Assembly (NCBI GenBank): GCA_026932145.1
Contig: JAIXKT010000001.1
Span: forward strand, 45,786 to 109,785
Length of the DNA stretch: 64,000 nucleotides
Source: Bacteroidia bacterium
GTDB lineage: Bacteria; Bacteroidota; Bacteroidia; J057; JAIXKT01
Reading direction: 5' to 3'
A program made the translations under genes and the position numbers. This document shows, piece after piece, positions 56,502-64,000 of this stretch. Within the stretch, counting starts at the first letter, position 1; each line of letters opens with the position of its first letter. The notes under the pieces are model-generated. The model was given only the letters and a program-made list of their open reading frames with translations. It was not told the origin of the DNA and made no database searches.

Positions 56502-57620
56502 ATGCGTATAGGAGTAAATACAAGGCTATTGCTTGCAGGAAAATTAGAAGGTCTTGGGCGTTATGCCCATGAAGTACTGTCTCGTTTGGTTCAAATTTAT
56601 CCCCAACATGAGTTTTATTTTTTCTTTGACCGAAAATATGACCCACAATTTATCTATGCCCCAAATGTAACTCCGGTTGTTGTTTACCCTTCGGCAAGGC
56701 ATCCCGTTTTGTATTATATCTGGTTTGAATGGGCACTACCCTACTATTTAAAAAAGTTAAACATTGATTTGTTTTTTTCTCCCGAAGGTTATTTATGCCT
56801 AAATAGCCAAGTATCTCAAATTCATGTAGTTCATGATTTAGCTTTTGAGCATTATCCGCAAGATATTTCGTATTTAGAAGGCTTATTCTATCGCTTTTTT
56901 TATCCGAAATATCTCCAAAAGGCTCAAAAAACAGTTGCTATATCAGAGTTTACCCGTCAGGATATTTTAAATTATTATTCTGCAGATCCCCAAAAAATCA
57001 TCCCTATTTGGAATGGAGTCAGTGAAAATTTTCACCCCATAGATGAAGCCGAACAATTAAAAACGCGCCAAAAATACACAGCCGGCTATCCTTATTTCTT
57101 GTATGTAGGTTCAATTCATCCACGAAAAAACCTTTCTAACTTGATACGTGCTTTCAATATTTTTAAAAAAAACACATTAACTCCACATAAGTTAGTTATT
57201 GTGGGAAGAAAAGCTTGGGATTATCAAAAAGTTCTAATGGACTCCAATGAATGCAGTTATCGTGATGATATTTTATTTACCGGCTATATTGCTGATGAAG
57301 ACTTAGTGAAGTTATATGCATCCTGCGAAGCAGTTTGCTATGTATCTTATTTTGAGGGGTTTGGATTACCTGCTGTAGAAGGTTTCCGAAGTGGTGTGCC
57401 GGTCATTGCTTCTAATACTACCTCTTTGCCGGAAGTATGTGGCGATGCTGCTATTTTGGTAGATCCACATTCTCCGCAAGATATTGCTAATGGTATGGCT
57501 CAGCTAATTCAAAATCCCGAATACAGAAAAAACCTGATTGAACGCGGAAATGACCGTGTAAAATTATTTTCATGGCAAAACACTGCAGAATCAATCGGAA
57601 AATTGATATTTGGTAGCTAA
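56502..57620 (+). CDS. Glycosyltransferase family 4
   Basis: EGFGLPAVEG and the GT1 C-terminal domain. The ATG at 56502 lies after the terminator that the longer track ORF would include. Confidence 0.8.
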   Translation: MRIGVNTRLLLAGKLEGLGRYAHEVLSRLVQIYPQHEFYFFFDRKYDPQFIYAPNVTPVVVYPSARHPVLYYIWFEWALPYYLKKLNIDLFFSPEGYLCLNSQVSQIHVVHDLAFEHYPQDISYLEGLFYRFFYPKYLQKAQKTVAISEFTRQDILNYYSADPQKIIPIWNGVSENFHPIDEAEQLKTRQKYTAGYPYFLYVGSIHPRKNLSNLIRAFNIFKKNTLTPHKLVIVGRKAWDYQKVLMDSNECSYRDDILFTGYIADEDLVKLYASCEAVCYVSYFEGFGLPAVEGFRSGVPVIASNTTSLPEVCGDAAILVDPHSPQDIANGMAQLIQNPEYRKNLIERGNDRVKLFSWQNTAESIGKLIFGS

Positions 57621-58018
57621 CTCGCTTCAAAAAGTTGATTTATCTTAGCATTAAATGCCTCTTTATTGATGATAAATTGTGTTTGTTCCCCTTCTGCAAT
57701 AAGTATTTTGTGCCAAAAAGCCTTCCATTTACAATGGATTTTATTGTTAATAACAGATTCCAAAGTGGCTATTAGCGTTACAGTTGCTTTATAGGGAGCT
57801 GGTTCATAGTGTTTTACTGAAACATAAGCGCCAACACCTTCTTCGGTTTCTTCCAGCATTTCTAATACAAAGAGGCGACAAACCCATTCTGCATCTTTAG
57901 CAAGAGCAAAAGTCGCATATACTCGGTGTACCAAGCCGGAATCAAATTGAGCCAATCTGGATTCATCTACCCAAACATCAAAAGTCTTTGTATCCCCAAG
58001 CTGAAAAGGATTTAACAT
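57617..58018 (-). CDS. Hotdog-fold thioesterase-like protein (FlK-like)
   Basis: The 133-aa size and the pattern VHRVYATFALAKDAEWVCRLF...GVGAYVSVKH resemble small hotdog thioesterases. This is a weak call. Confidence 0.4.
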   Translation of the reverse strand: MLNPFQLGDTKTFDVWVDESRLAQFDSGLVHRVYATFALAKDAEWVCRLFVLEMLEETEEGVGAYVSVKHYEPAPYKATVTLIATLESVINNKIHCKWKAFWHKILIAEGEQTQFIINKEAFNAKINQLFEAS

Positions 58019-58019
58019 C

Positions 58020-58487
58020 TTAGTTAAAGTTATGAAATGATTTTAAATGGTACAATTTGGGTGGGTCAAAATATTTACGTCTTTTGGTGATACGAATAGT
58101 CGGTATTTCTTTGGCTACCGACCGAGAACATCTTGTTAAGCGGTCGGCTGATAACGCTATCCCTTTGATGATTCCAAATTGCTGAATAGCTTCTTTGCTA
58201 AAACGGGAGCAAGACGGTTCATACATACAATTTTTGGATAGCTGTGCAGATAATACCGTTTGATAAAATCGTAAAGACCCGTACAAAACCCAGTAAAGTG
58301 GATTTAGTTTAACGTAGAGCGGCTTTTGAGATAATTTAGGTTTTGGTTTAGGCGACTTACGAGTAAGTTGGATATGAAAGTCTTCTATAGAATTAATATC
58401 TTGATTATCAAGTTTTTGTGCATTTATTAACGAAACTGTTAGATAAGTAATTGCATAAAACAAGAGTTTAATTTTTAAAAGATTCAT
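58020..58487 (-). CDS. yidD: YidD-domain membrane protein insertion efficiency factor with a long N-terminal extension
   Basis: YidD core LRFYQTVLSAQLSKNCMYEPSCSRFSKEAIQQFGIIKGIALSADRLTRC. The ATG at 58487 (MNLLKIKLL..., signal-like) removes the overlap with the PAP2 gene. Confidence 0.7.
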   Translation of the reverse strand: MNLLKIKLLFYAITYLTVSLINAQKLDNQDINSIEDFHIQLTRKSPKPKPKLSQKPLYVKLNPLYWVLYGSLRFYQTVLSAQLSKNCMYEPSCSRFSKEAIQQFGIIKGIALSADRLTRCSRSVAKEIPTIRITKRRKYFDPPKLYHLKSFHNFN

Positions 58488-58492
58488 TTTTC

Positions 58493-59068
58493 CTAAGCAT
58501 TTTTGTATAAGCCACTTACAGGAATAGACCATTGAACTAAGCAATATTTTAAGCCAAAAGCAAGGGTAATTCCTAAGATCCAGCCGGCTAAAATATCTCC
58601 GGGATAATGCACACCTACATAAATCCGAGAATAACTTACCAATAATGCCCACAAAACCCAAATAGTTTGTAAAACAGGGTTTTTCTTCAAGACAGTAGTT
58701 ATCAACCATGCGGCTAATACTGCGGTATTAGCCGCATGGGATGAGATAAAGCCAAATTTTCCACCACAGTTTGGGATAAGCAAATGGATTAACCCCTGCA
58801 AACTCTGTTCATGGCAAGGGCGCAATCGCTCAAAAAAAGGCTTTGTGAAACCGGATGAAATCTGGTCTGCTAAGGTAATTAGCAACGCAAGGCAAATTAA
58901 CCAAGGGAGCAACCGCCAACGGTAACGATAGCCAAGCCAAAATATCCAAACGCCATACCAAGGTAGCCAAGTCCATTTTTCGGTAGCAAAAACCATCAAC
59001 GAATCAATATTTGACTGATGAAATTGGTTTAACCATAAAAATAAACCTTGATCTAACTCTTGAAGCAT
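58493..59068 (-). CDS. PAP2-family lipid phosphatase
   Basis: The three PAP2 motifs are present: KPFFERLRP, SSHAA and SRIYVGVHYPGD. Confidence 0.85.
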   Translation of the reverse strand: MLQELDQGLFLWLNQFHQSNIDSLMVFATEKWTWLPWYGVWIFWLGYRYRWRLLPWLICLALLITLADQISSGFTKPFFERLRPCHEQSLQGLIHLLIPNCGGKFGFISSHAANTAVLAAWLITTVLKKNPVLQTIWVLWALLVSYSRIYVGVHYPGDILAGWILGITLAFGLKYCLVQWSIPVSGLYKNA

Positions 59069-59088
59069 TTAGTATAATTTGCTAATAA

Positions 59089-59613
59089 TTAGTTTTTTAC
59101 AAAGCCTAATTGAATTAAAGCAAATACAGCATAATTCAGAATATCAATATAATTTGCATCAACTCCTTCGGAAGCGATTGTTTTTCCGTTATTATCTTCA
59201 ATACTACGGATACGCAGAATCTTCATGAGTATCAAATCCGTTAAGGATGAGGTTCTCATATCTCTCCAAGCTTCTCCATAATCTTGATTTTTAGCGAGAT
59301 AGGTTTCAAAGGCTCTGACTACTGCTTGATCATAGTATTTTTCAATGTTATCTTCATGATTGCCTCCGGATAATATTATCAATGCGATTATTGCATAGTT
59401 TATTAAGCCAACATATTCATTTTCAATGGGTTCTTGAACAGAATTTTTTCCTGTATCTTCGATTGTCCGAATCCTTTTTGCTTTAATAAAGAGTTGGTCA
59501 GTTACCGAAGTTAATCTTAATATTTGCCAAGAAGCCCCGTAGTCTAAATGTTTTTTTAGAAAAAGTTGTTTGCAAGTTGCTATAACTTGATAATATTGAT
59601 CTGAGGTATTCAA
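59089..59613 (-). CDS. DUF1599-like protein (two internal repeats)
   Basis: An internally duplicated unit DYG(A/E)(S/A)W(Q/R)...(L/T)D(Q/L)(L/I)..K..RIR(T/S)IE fits my recollection of DUF1599. Confidence 0.5.
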   Translation of the reverse strand: MNTSDQYYQVIATCKQLFLKKHLDYGASWQILRLTSVTDQLFIKAKRIRTIEDTGKNSVQEPIENEYVGLINYAIIALIILSGGNHEDNIEKYYDQAVVRAFETYLAKNQDYGEAWRDMRTSSLTDLILMKILRIRSIEDNNGKTIASEGVDANYIDILNYAVFALIQLGFVKN

Positions 59614-59628
59614 GAGATAATTGAGTGT

Positions 59629-59961
59629 TTATTTTTTGTGTTTTTCAAATTCTTCTTTGCAATGAGCTGAGCAGAAGCCATATAGCTTACCTTCAGCGGT
59701 TCTAAGAGTATCTGATATGGGATATTCCGCAAAACTCATCCCGCAAATAGGGTCTTCCTTTACGGTTAAACTGGCAAACAACTCGGGGGTTGCGTCCTTT
59801 CCGGGTTTTGCATTGTCTTCTGACATACCATGCTCATCATGAGCGGAATGTTCCTCATGCTGCTCGGTAGAAGTTGAGGAATTTGTACTTTCTTGGGCTG
59901 CCGGTTTACTGCAAGATACAAGCAGAAAAAGTCCGGCAACGATAATATTAAATTTAATCAT
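59629..59961 (-). CDS. YHS/TRASH-domain metal-binding lipoprotein
   Basis: Lipobox LLVSCS, a His/Glu-rich linker EQHEEHSAHDEHGM, and a C-terminal DPICGM...CSAHCKEEF Cys motif. Confidence 0.6.
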   Translation of the reverse strand: MIKFNIIVAGLFLLVSCSKPAAQESTNSSTSTEQHEEHSAHDEHGMSEDNAKPGKDATPELFASLTVKEDPICGMSFAEYPISDTLRTAEGKLYGFCSAHCKEEFEKHKK

Positions 59962-59994
59962 TTAGCAAAATTATACAATAACTTGCAAAAATGG

Positions 59995-61413
59995 TTATTT
60001 AAAATACTTTTCCATAAAACGAACAAAGTTATCACGCATGATTTTCTGAACAATTTGTTCTGGTTCTAATTGAGTTTCACGAAATAATGAAAATCGTTGA
60101 TGAAATAATTGTAACAAAGAATCATCTAAGCCAACGTTGTTTTCATTTGTTTTGCGATAGTCTTCTACGGTTACAATACTGTCAATGGGGTCAATTATAC
60201 CATCAAAATCACTGCCGATGCAAATATTATCAAGTGCTAATTGGGGGGAAATACCAAATGCAACAAGCGTTGTGTAAATATGAACTATTTGATTAAAAAA
60301 GAGTTCCACCCAATTTCCATTTTCTTTTCGGATTTTTTGGGTTAGTTTTTCACCTGCTAAAACTCTTTCGTCTAAAATGATTCCGATTAAGCCATCTAAT
60401 TGATGGATTGCCAGAATATCGTCATCATGGATGTTTATATCCCAAGGATTGAAGCGTTGGCTTTGTAATCTATCTTGGGGTGAGTCTTCTTTGGTTTGTA
60501 GTAGTTGATGGTTTCTGAGGTTTGTTCTTTTTCCGGAAACCGCTACGTGCGAAGCTATTATCGGTTTTTTGTGTTGTTTTGCAAGTTCATAAATCTGATA
60601 GCGAGCAACGGCATCACAGTGTTTTACATCTAAAATAATATTTTCTTCTAAACAGCGTTTTACAAAGAACTGTCCTAAGTAGGTTAGACCTCGATACTCT
60701 CCTACTAAATGCAGGGATTTTATCGGATTATGGGCAATTTTTTGTAATCCAACCAATTCAATAGCCTTTGGTTGTGTTGCTAAGTGATTGTAAACAAAAT
60801 GATTAAGTGTTAAGCTGAATACAAAGTTTTCTTTCATAAACTGGATTTTTTGCTCAATCATTTCTTCGTTAATTATTTCCGGTAAATCTTTATTTTTTCC
60901 CGGAAAAAGGGCATCTCTGTATTCAAATCCTAAGCAATGGCTTCCTTCTATGGCTAAAATCAGTGCAATTTGGTTTGGGTTTTTCAGGATTTCCTGCGCG
61001 TGTGCATAGGAATGAGCGATAACAGCTTTGCGGTCGCTATCTGGGTCTTGTAGGTTGCGTTTTAGGTAGTTAAGTTCTTCTTGAAGTAAGTCAAAAGGCC
61101 GTTTGTTTAAAATATCTCTGAGGCGTTTTACGTCCATTTTCATTACTCTGGCCATGACCCCCGGCATTGTAACCAATTTTCCCAAAACATAGCGTTCTAA
61201 CATTGTTATGGAGCACATTACAAAGCGTGTGTTGGAGTTTAAGAGTCTGGAGAAATCTGCTTGCGTAAGTTTTGAGGTTCTGCCGACCCGTTCTTCCGGG
61301 CTGGCTTCATCATAGCGATGCCAAGGATTGATTATCGCATTGATTAAAAATGCCTTTAAAGTTGGATGAATGTGTAAATCACAATAAAAATCTTCTGGTT
61401 TTGAATAATTCAT
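59995..61413 (-). CDS. Divergent M19 (renal dipeptidase-like) / amidohydrolase-fold metallohydrolase
   Basis: N-terminal CDLHIHPT metal-ligand-like motif and a C-terminal IGSDFDGIIDP that resembles the M19 GxDFDG motif. Confidence 0.4.
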   Translation of the reverse strand: MNYSKPEDFYCDLHIHPTLKAFLINAIINPWHRYDEASPEERVGRTSKLTQADFSRLLNSNTRFVMCSITMLERYVLGKLVTMPGVMARVMKMDVKRLRDILNKRPFDLLQEELNYLKRNLQDPDSDRKAVIAHSYAHAQEILKNPNQIALILAIEGSHCLGFEYRDALFPGKNKDLPEIINEEMIEQKIQFMKENFVFSLTLNHFVYNHLATQPKAIELVGLQKIAHNPIKSLHLVGEYRGLTYLGQFFVKRCLEENIILDVKHCDAVARYQIYELAKQHKKPIIASHVAVSGKRTNLRNHQLLQTKEDSPQDRLQSQRFNPWDINIHDDDILAIHQLDGLIGIILDERVLAGEKLTQKIRKENGNWVELFFNQIVHIYTTLVAFGISPQLALDNICIGSDFDGIIDPIDSIVTVEDYRKTNENNVGLDDSLLQLFHQRFSLFRETQLEPEQIVQKIMRDNFVRFMEKYFK

Positions 61414-61428
61414 GAATAATATTCTGTA

Positions 61429-62748
61429 TCAATAAGTTAAATCTTTAGAAAGTAATTTGATGCTCCAAACGACTTTTCCTCGCTTGGATATAACTTGGTA
61501 GTTTAGCTCTGCGGTATCATTTTTTGGGATGCAAGTAAATTTGCCGTAGTTATGTTTTCGATACCAAGAGCCGGGGATTCTGATTGGGTTATTTCTTTCA
61601 ACATCGCCTTTAAAACTTGGTCTAGGCCAACTTGTTAAGGGTGAATTGGTAAATTCGTATAGCGGATAGAGGTTTTCTTTTTCTACTTTAAAGGCTTCGC
61701 TATGGTGTTTATCTCCGGATAAAAAGATTACGCCGGAAATTTTATTTCTCCGGATAAGTTCCAGTAGGTTATTAAATTCTGTGGTATAATGGGCAAAAGA
61801 TTCATGTTTGGTAATTTCGTTCAGCACTTGTGTGCCGCTGACTATACATTTGAATTGGGCGTTAGATTTTTTAAGCTCTTCGATAAGCCAGTTTATTTGC
61901 GTTTTGCCAAACATTTCACCGGAGGGGCCATCTTGGGGAGTTCGATAATAGCGACCATCTAAGCAAAAAAAGTCAATTACTCCCATAGAAAAAGTAAAGT
62001 AGTTTTCTGAACCTTGATTGGGTTGTTTTGGGTTTGGCCAAAATTGGTGAAATACTTTTAGTGAATTATCTTTTTTATTAAAGTCTCCATTGCCATCATT
62101 GGGGCCAAAGTCGTGGTCATCCCAAATAGCGAATTGTCTATGTGGCCTTAACGCATTGTTTACCACACGGGTTCTCCGCATAGACACATTGCGTAGATAC
62201 ATCCGCTTGTAGTTTTTCCAATAATATCCCGGCAGGTAATAAACGTTATCCCCTAACCACAAAAAATTTGTAGGTGGTTCTTTGGCAATTTGGCGTAACG
62301 TTCCACGATTGGTAAAAGCATTGAGTGGAGAAAAAAAACCTTTTCCAATATACATACAACTTCCCAAAAGCATTGTAACGGTATCTTCATGGTTCGAGTT
62401 AGGCGTTGAAAACGAACATATTTGGGGCTGTTTTTTTCCGTCAATAGAAAAGGATACAGAATATTTTGTTGCTGGTTTTAGGTTTTTTAGGGTAAAAATA
62501 ATAGCCGGTTTTTTAACCGGAAAAAGTTCTTGGTTAATGGGAAGGCTATACTGCTCAATTGTTTGTCCATTTTCCTGCAATATGGCTTCGGCAGCAGTAC
62601 CACATTTTTTGAGTAAAACCCAAAGATAGGCTTGCTCGGTAGTAACCTGACCCAGATAGGGCCCAGAAATAATTTGAGATTCTACTTTAAGATAAGAGCC
62701 TAAAAATATGATAATAAGTATTTTGCAAAATATTATTTTCCTTTCCAT
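61429..62748 (-). CDS. PhoD-like alkaline phosphatase / metallophosphoesterase
   Basis: WLGDNVYY, IWDDHDFGPNDG and FLSGDKHHSEA motifs, plus a signal peptide. Confidence 0.8.
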   Translation of the reverse strand: MERKIIFCKILIIIFLGSYLKVESQIISGPYLGQVTTEQAYLWVLLKKCGTAAEAILQENGQTIEQYSLPINQELFPVKKPAIIFTLKNLKPATKYSVSFSIDGKKQPQICSFSTPNSNHEDTVTMLLGSCMYIGKGFFSPLNAFTNRGTLRQIAKEPPTNFLWLGDNVYYLPGYYWKNYKRMYLRNVSMRRTRVVNNALRPHRQFAIWDDHDFGPNDGNGDFNKKDNSLKVFHQFWPNPKQPNQGSENYFTFSMGVIDFFCLDGRYYRTPQDGPSGEMFGKTQINWLIEELKKSNAQFKCIVSGTQVLNEITKHESFAHYTTEFNNLLELIRRNKISGVIFLSGDKHHSEAFKVEKENLYPLYEFTNSPLTSWPRPSFKGDVERNNPIRIPGSWYRKHNYGKFTCIPKNDTAELNYQVISKRGKVVWSIKLLSKDLTY

Positions 62749-63512
62749 TTTGGATTTCGTTTTTCTATGAATGCATTCATACCTTCTTTTTGGTCTTCGG
62801 AGGCAAACAGTAAGTAGAAGTTTTTTCGTTCAAAGAACAATCCTTCTTCTAATGAGGTTTCAAAAGATTTCAGAACAGCTTCTTTGGCTAATTGGCAGGC
62901 TAAAGGAGGTTGTTTGGCTATGGTTGTTGCGAGGGATATAGCTTCTTGGAGGTATAGTTCTACGGGAACGATTTTGGTGATTAGGCCGGCTTGAAATGCT
63001 TCTTGTGCGGATATAAAACGTCCTGTGAGTACCATTTCCATTGCTTTGGCTTTTCCGATAGCGCGGGTAAGCCGTTGTGTACCGCCGGCGCCCGGCATCA
63101 CTCCTATTTTTATTTCTGGCTGGCCGAACTGTGCTGTTTCGCTGGCTACTATCATATCACAGAGCATTGCCAGCTCACATCCGCCTCCCAATGCAAAGCC
63201 GGAAACCGCCGCTATAATGGGTTTCTTAACCCGCTTGATTTTATCCCAAACAGAAAATTGGTCTAAAATCAGCATATCAACAGCACCGCGCCCTGACATC
63301 TGCTTAATATCAGCACCGGCAGCAAAAGACTTTTCGTTTCCGGTAATTATGATACAATGAACGTTTTCAGTTTTATCTAATTGTTGGCAGGCATCGGCCA
63401 ATTCTGCCATTAATTCTGTATTTAGGGCATTGTATTCTTTGGGGCGATTCAAGCGAATTAAAGCGACATTGGCTGATATTTCTTTTTCAACAATAATAAA
63501 TTGATAATTCAT
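62733..63512 (-). CDS. Enoyl-CoA hydratase (crotonase family)
   Basis: FAAGADIKQM, the oxyanion-hole region AAVSGFALGGGCELAMLCD and PEIKIGVMPGAGGTQRL. Confidence 0.9.
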   Translation of the reverse strand: MNYQFIIVEKEISANVALIRLNRPKEYNALNTELMAELADACQQLDKTENVHCIIITGNEKSFAAGADIKQMSGRGAVDMLILDQFSVWDKIKRVKKPIIAAVSGFALGGGCELAMLCDMIVASETAQFGQPEIKIGVMPGAGGTQRLTRAIGKAKAMEMVLTGRFISAQEAFQAGLITKIVPVELYLQEAISLATTIAKQPPLACQLAKEAVLKSFETSLEEGLFFERKNFYLLFASEDQKEGMNAFIEKRNPKWKGK

Positions 63513-63538
63513 AGTTACTAATGGGTAGCAAAGTTACG

Positions 63539-63546
63539 TATCTTTG
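63539..63546 (+). promoter_or_regulatory. -7 promoter box TATCTTTG
   Basis: Exact TAnnTTTG match in the divergent intergenic region. It lies downstream of an in-frame ATG at 63521, so the real start is probably later. Confidence 0.4.
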
Positions 63547-63565
63547 CGCTTTAAATACGTTTTCT

Positions 63566-64000
63566 TTGGATTTAGAACCACATGTTTCTGTATTAATTCT
63601 AAATTATAACGGTAGAAATTGGTTAGAGCGTTTTTTGCCCAGTGCTTTGGCTACAAAGTATTCTAACTTTTCTGTTATTGTGGCTGATAATGCTTCTACT
63701 GATGATAGTTGTGCTTGGTTGGAAACCACTTATCCCGCCGTTCGGTTGATTAAATTGGCTAAAAACTACGGTTTTGCGACTGGAAATAACTTAGCGGCAG
63801 CCCAGATAGATTCTCCGTATATTGTTTTTTTAAACAGTGATGTAGAAGTGGATTCGGCGTGGTTAGCTCCACTGGTAAAGCGAATGGAAGCTATGCCTAA
63901 ACTGGCTGCTATACAGCCCAAGATTCGCAGTTTTTATGAAAAAGAAAACTTTGAATATGCAGGTGCTGCCGGAGGATTTATTGACGAATTAGGCTATCCT
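63566..64000 (+). CDS. Family-2 glycosyltransferase, 5' partial (runs off the window)
   Basis: VSVLILNYNGRNWLERFL...VIVADNASTDDS...NYGFATGNN...FLNSDVEV is the GT2 N-terminal signature. The start is uncertain (TTG at 63566 or ATG at 63521). Confidence 0.75.
   Translation, partial: MDLEPHVSVLILNYNGRNWLERFLPSALATKYSNFSVIVADNASTDDSCAWLETTYPAVRLIKLAKNYGFATGNNLAAAQIDSPYIVFLNSDVEVDSAWLAPLVKRMEAMPKLAAIQPKIRSFYEKENFEYAGAAGGFIDELGYP

Overview
This 64-kb window looks like a moderately AT-rich Bacteroidota chromosome. Three things point that way: T9SS C-terminal sorting domains on three secreted proteins, TAnnTTTG-type -7 promoter boxes just upstream of many starts, and the gene content. Most of it is ordinary housekeeping: ahpC-like peroxiredoxin, lgt, scpA, mmsA, dnaE, pheT, era, nusB, leucine dehydrogenase, LptD-like OMP, topA, dnaN, purK, two tRNAs, cell-envelope enzymes and a giant PKD-repeat adhesin. 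There is no rRNA and no CRISPR array. The one clearly accessory segment is about 4.2-14.1 kb. It sits between lgt and a DUF1460-like gene, is visibly lower in GC, and is bounded by a ~200-bp IS5-like transposase remnant (4449-4664) and a truncated, stop-interrupted fic gene (13610-14028). Inside it is a seven-gene, minus-strand, translationally coupled operon (13596 to 4798). In transcription order it encodes a classical AAA+ ATPase, a 1040-aa Upf1/DNA2-like SF1 helicase, a 334-aa orphan, a 637-aa coiled-coil protein, a 68-aa DUF2997-like protein, a 147-aa DUF1257-like protein and a 186-aa NrdG-like radical-SAM activase. I cannot match this combination to any named defence or conflict system. 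It is my main candidate for an undescribed system. All family assignments are motif-level reads of the translated ORFs and need HMM or structure confirmation.
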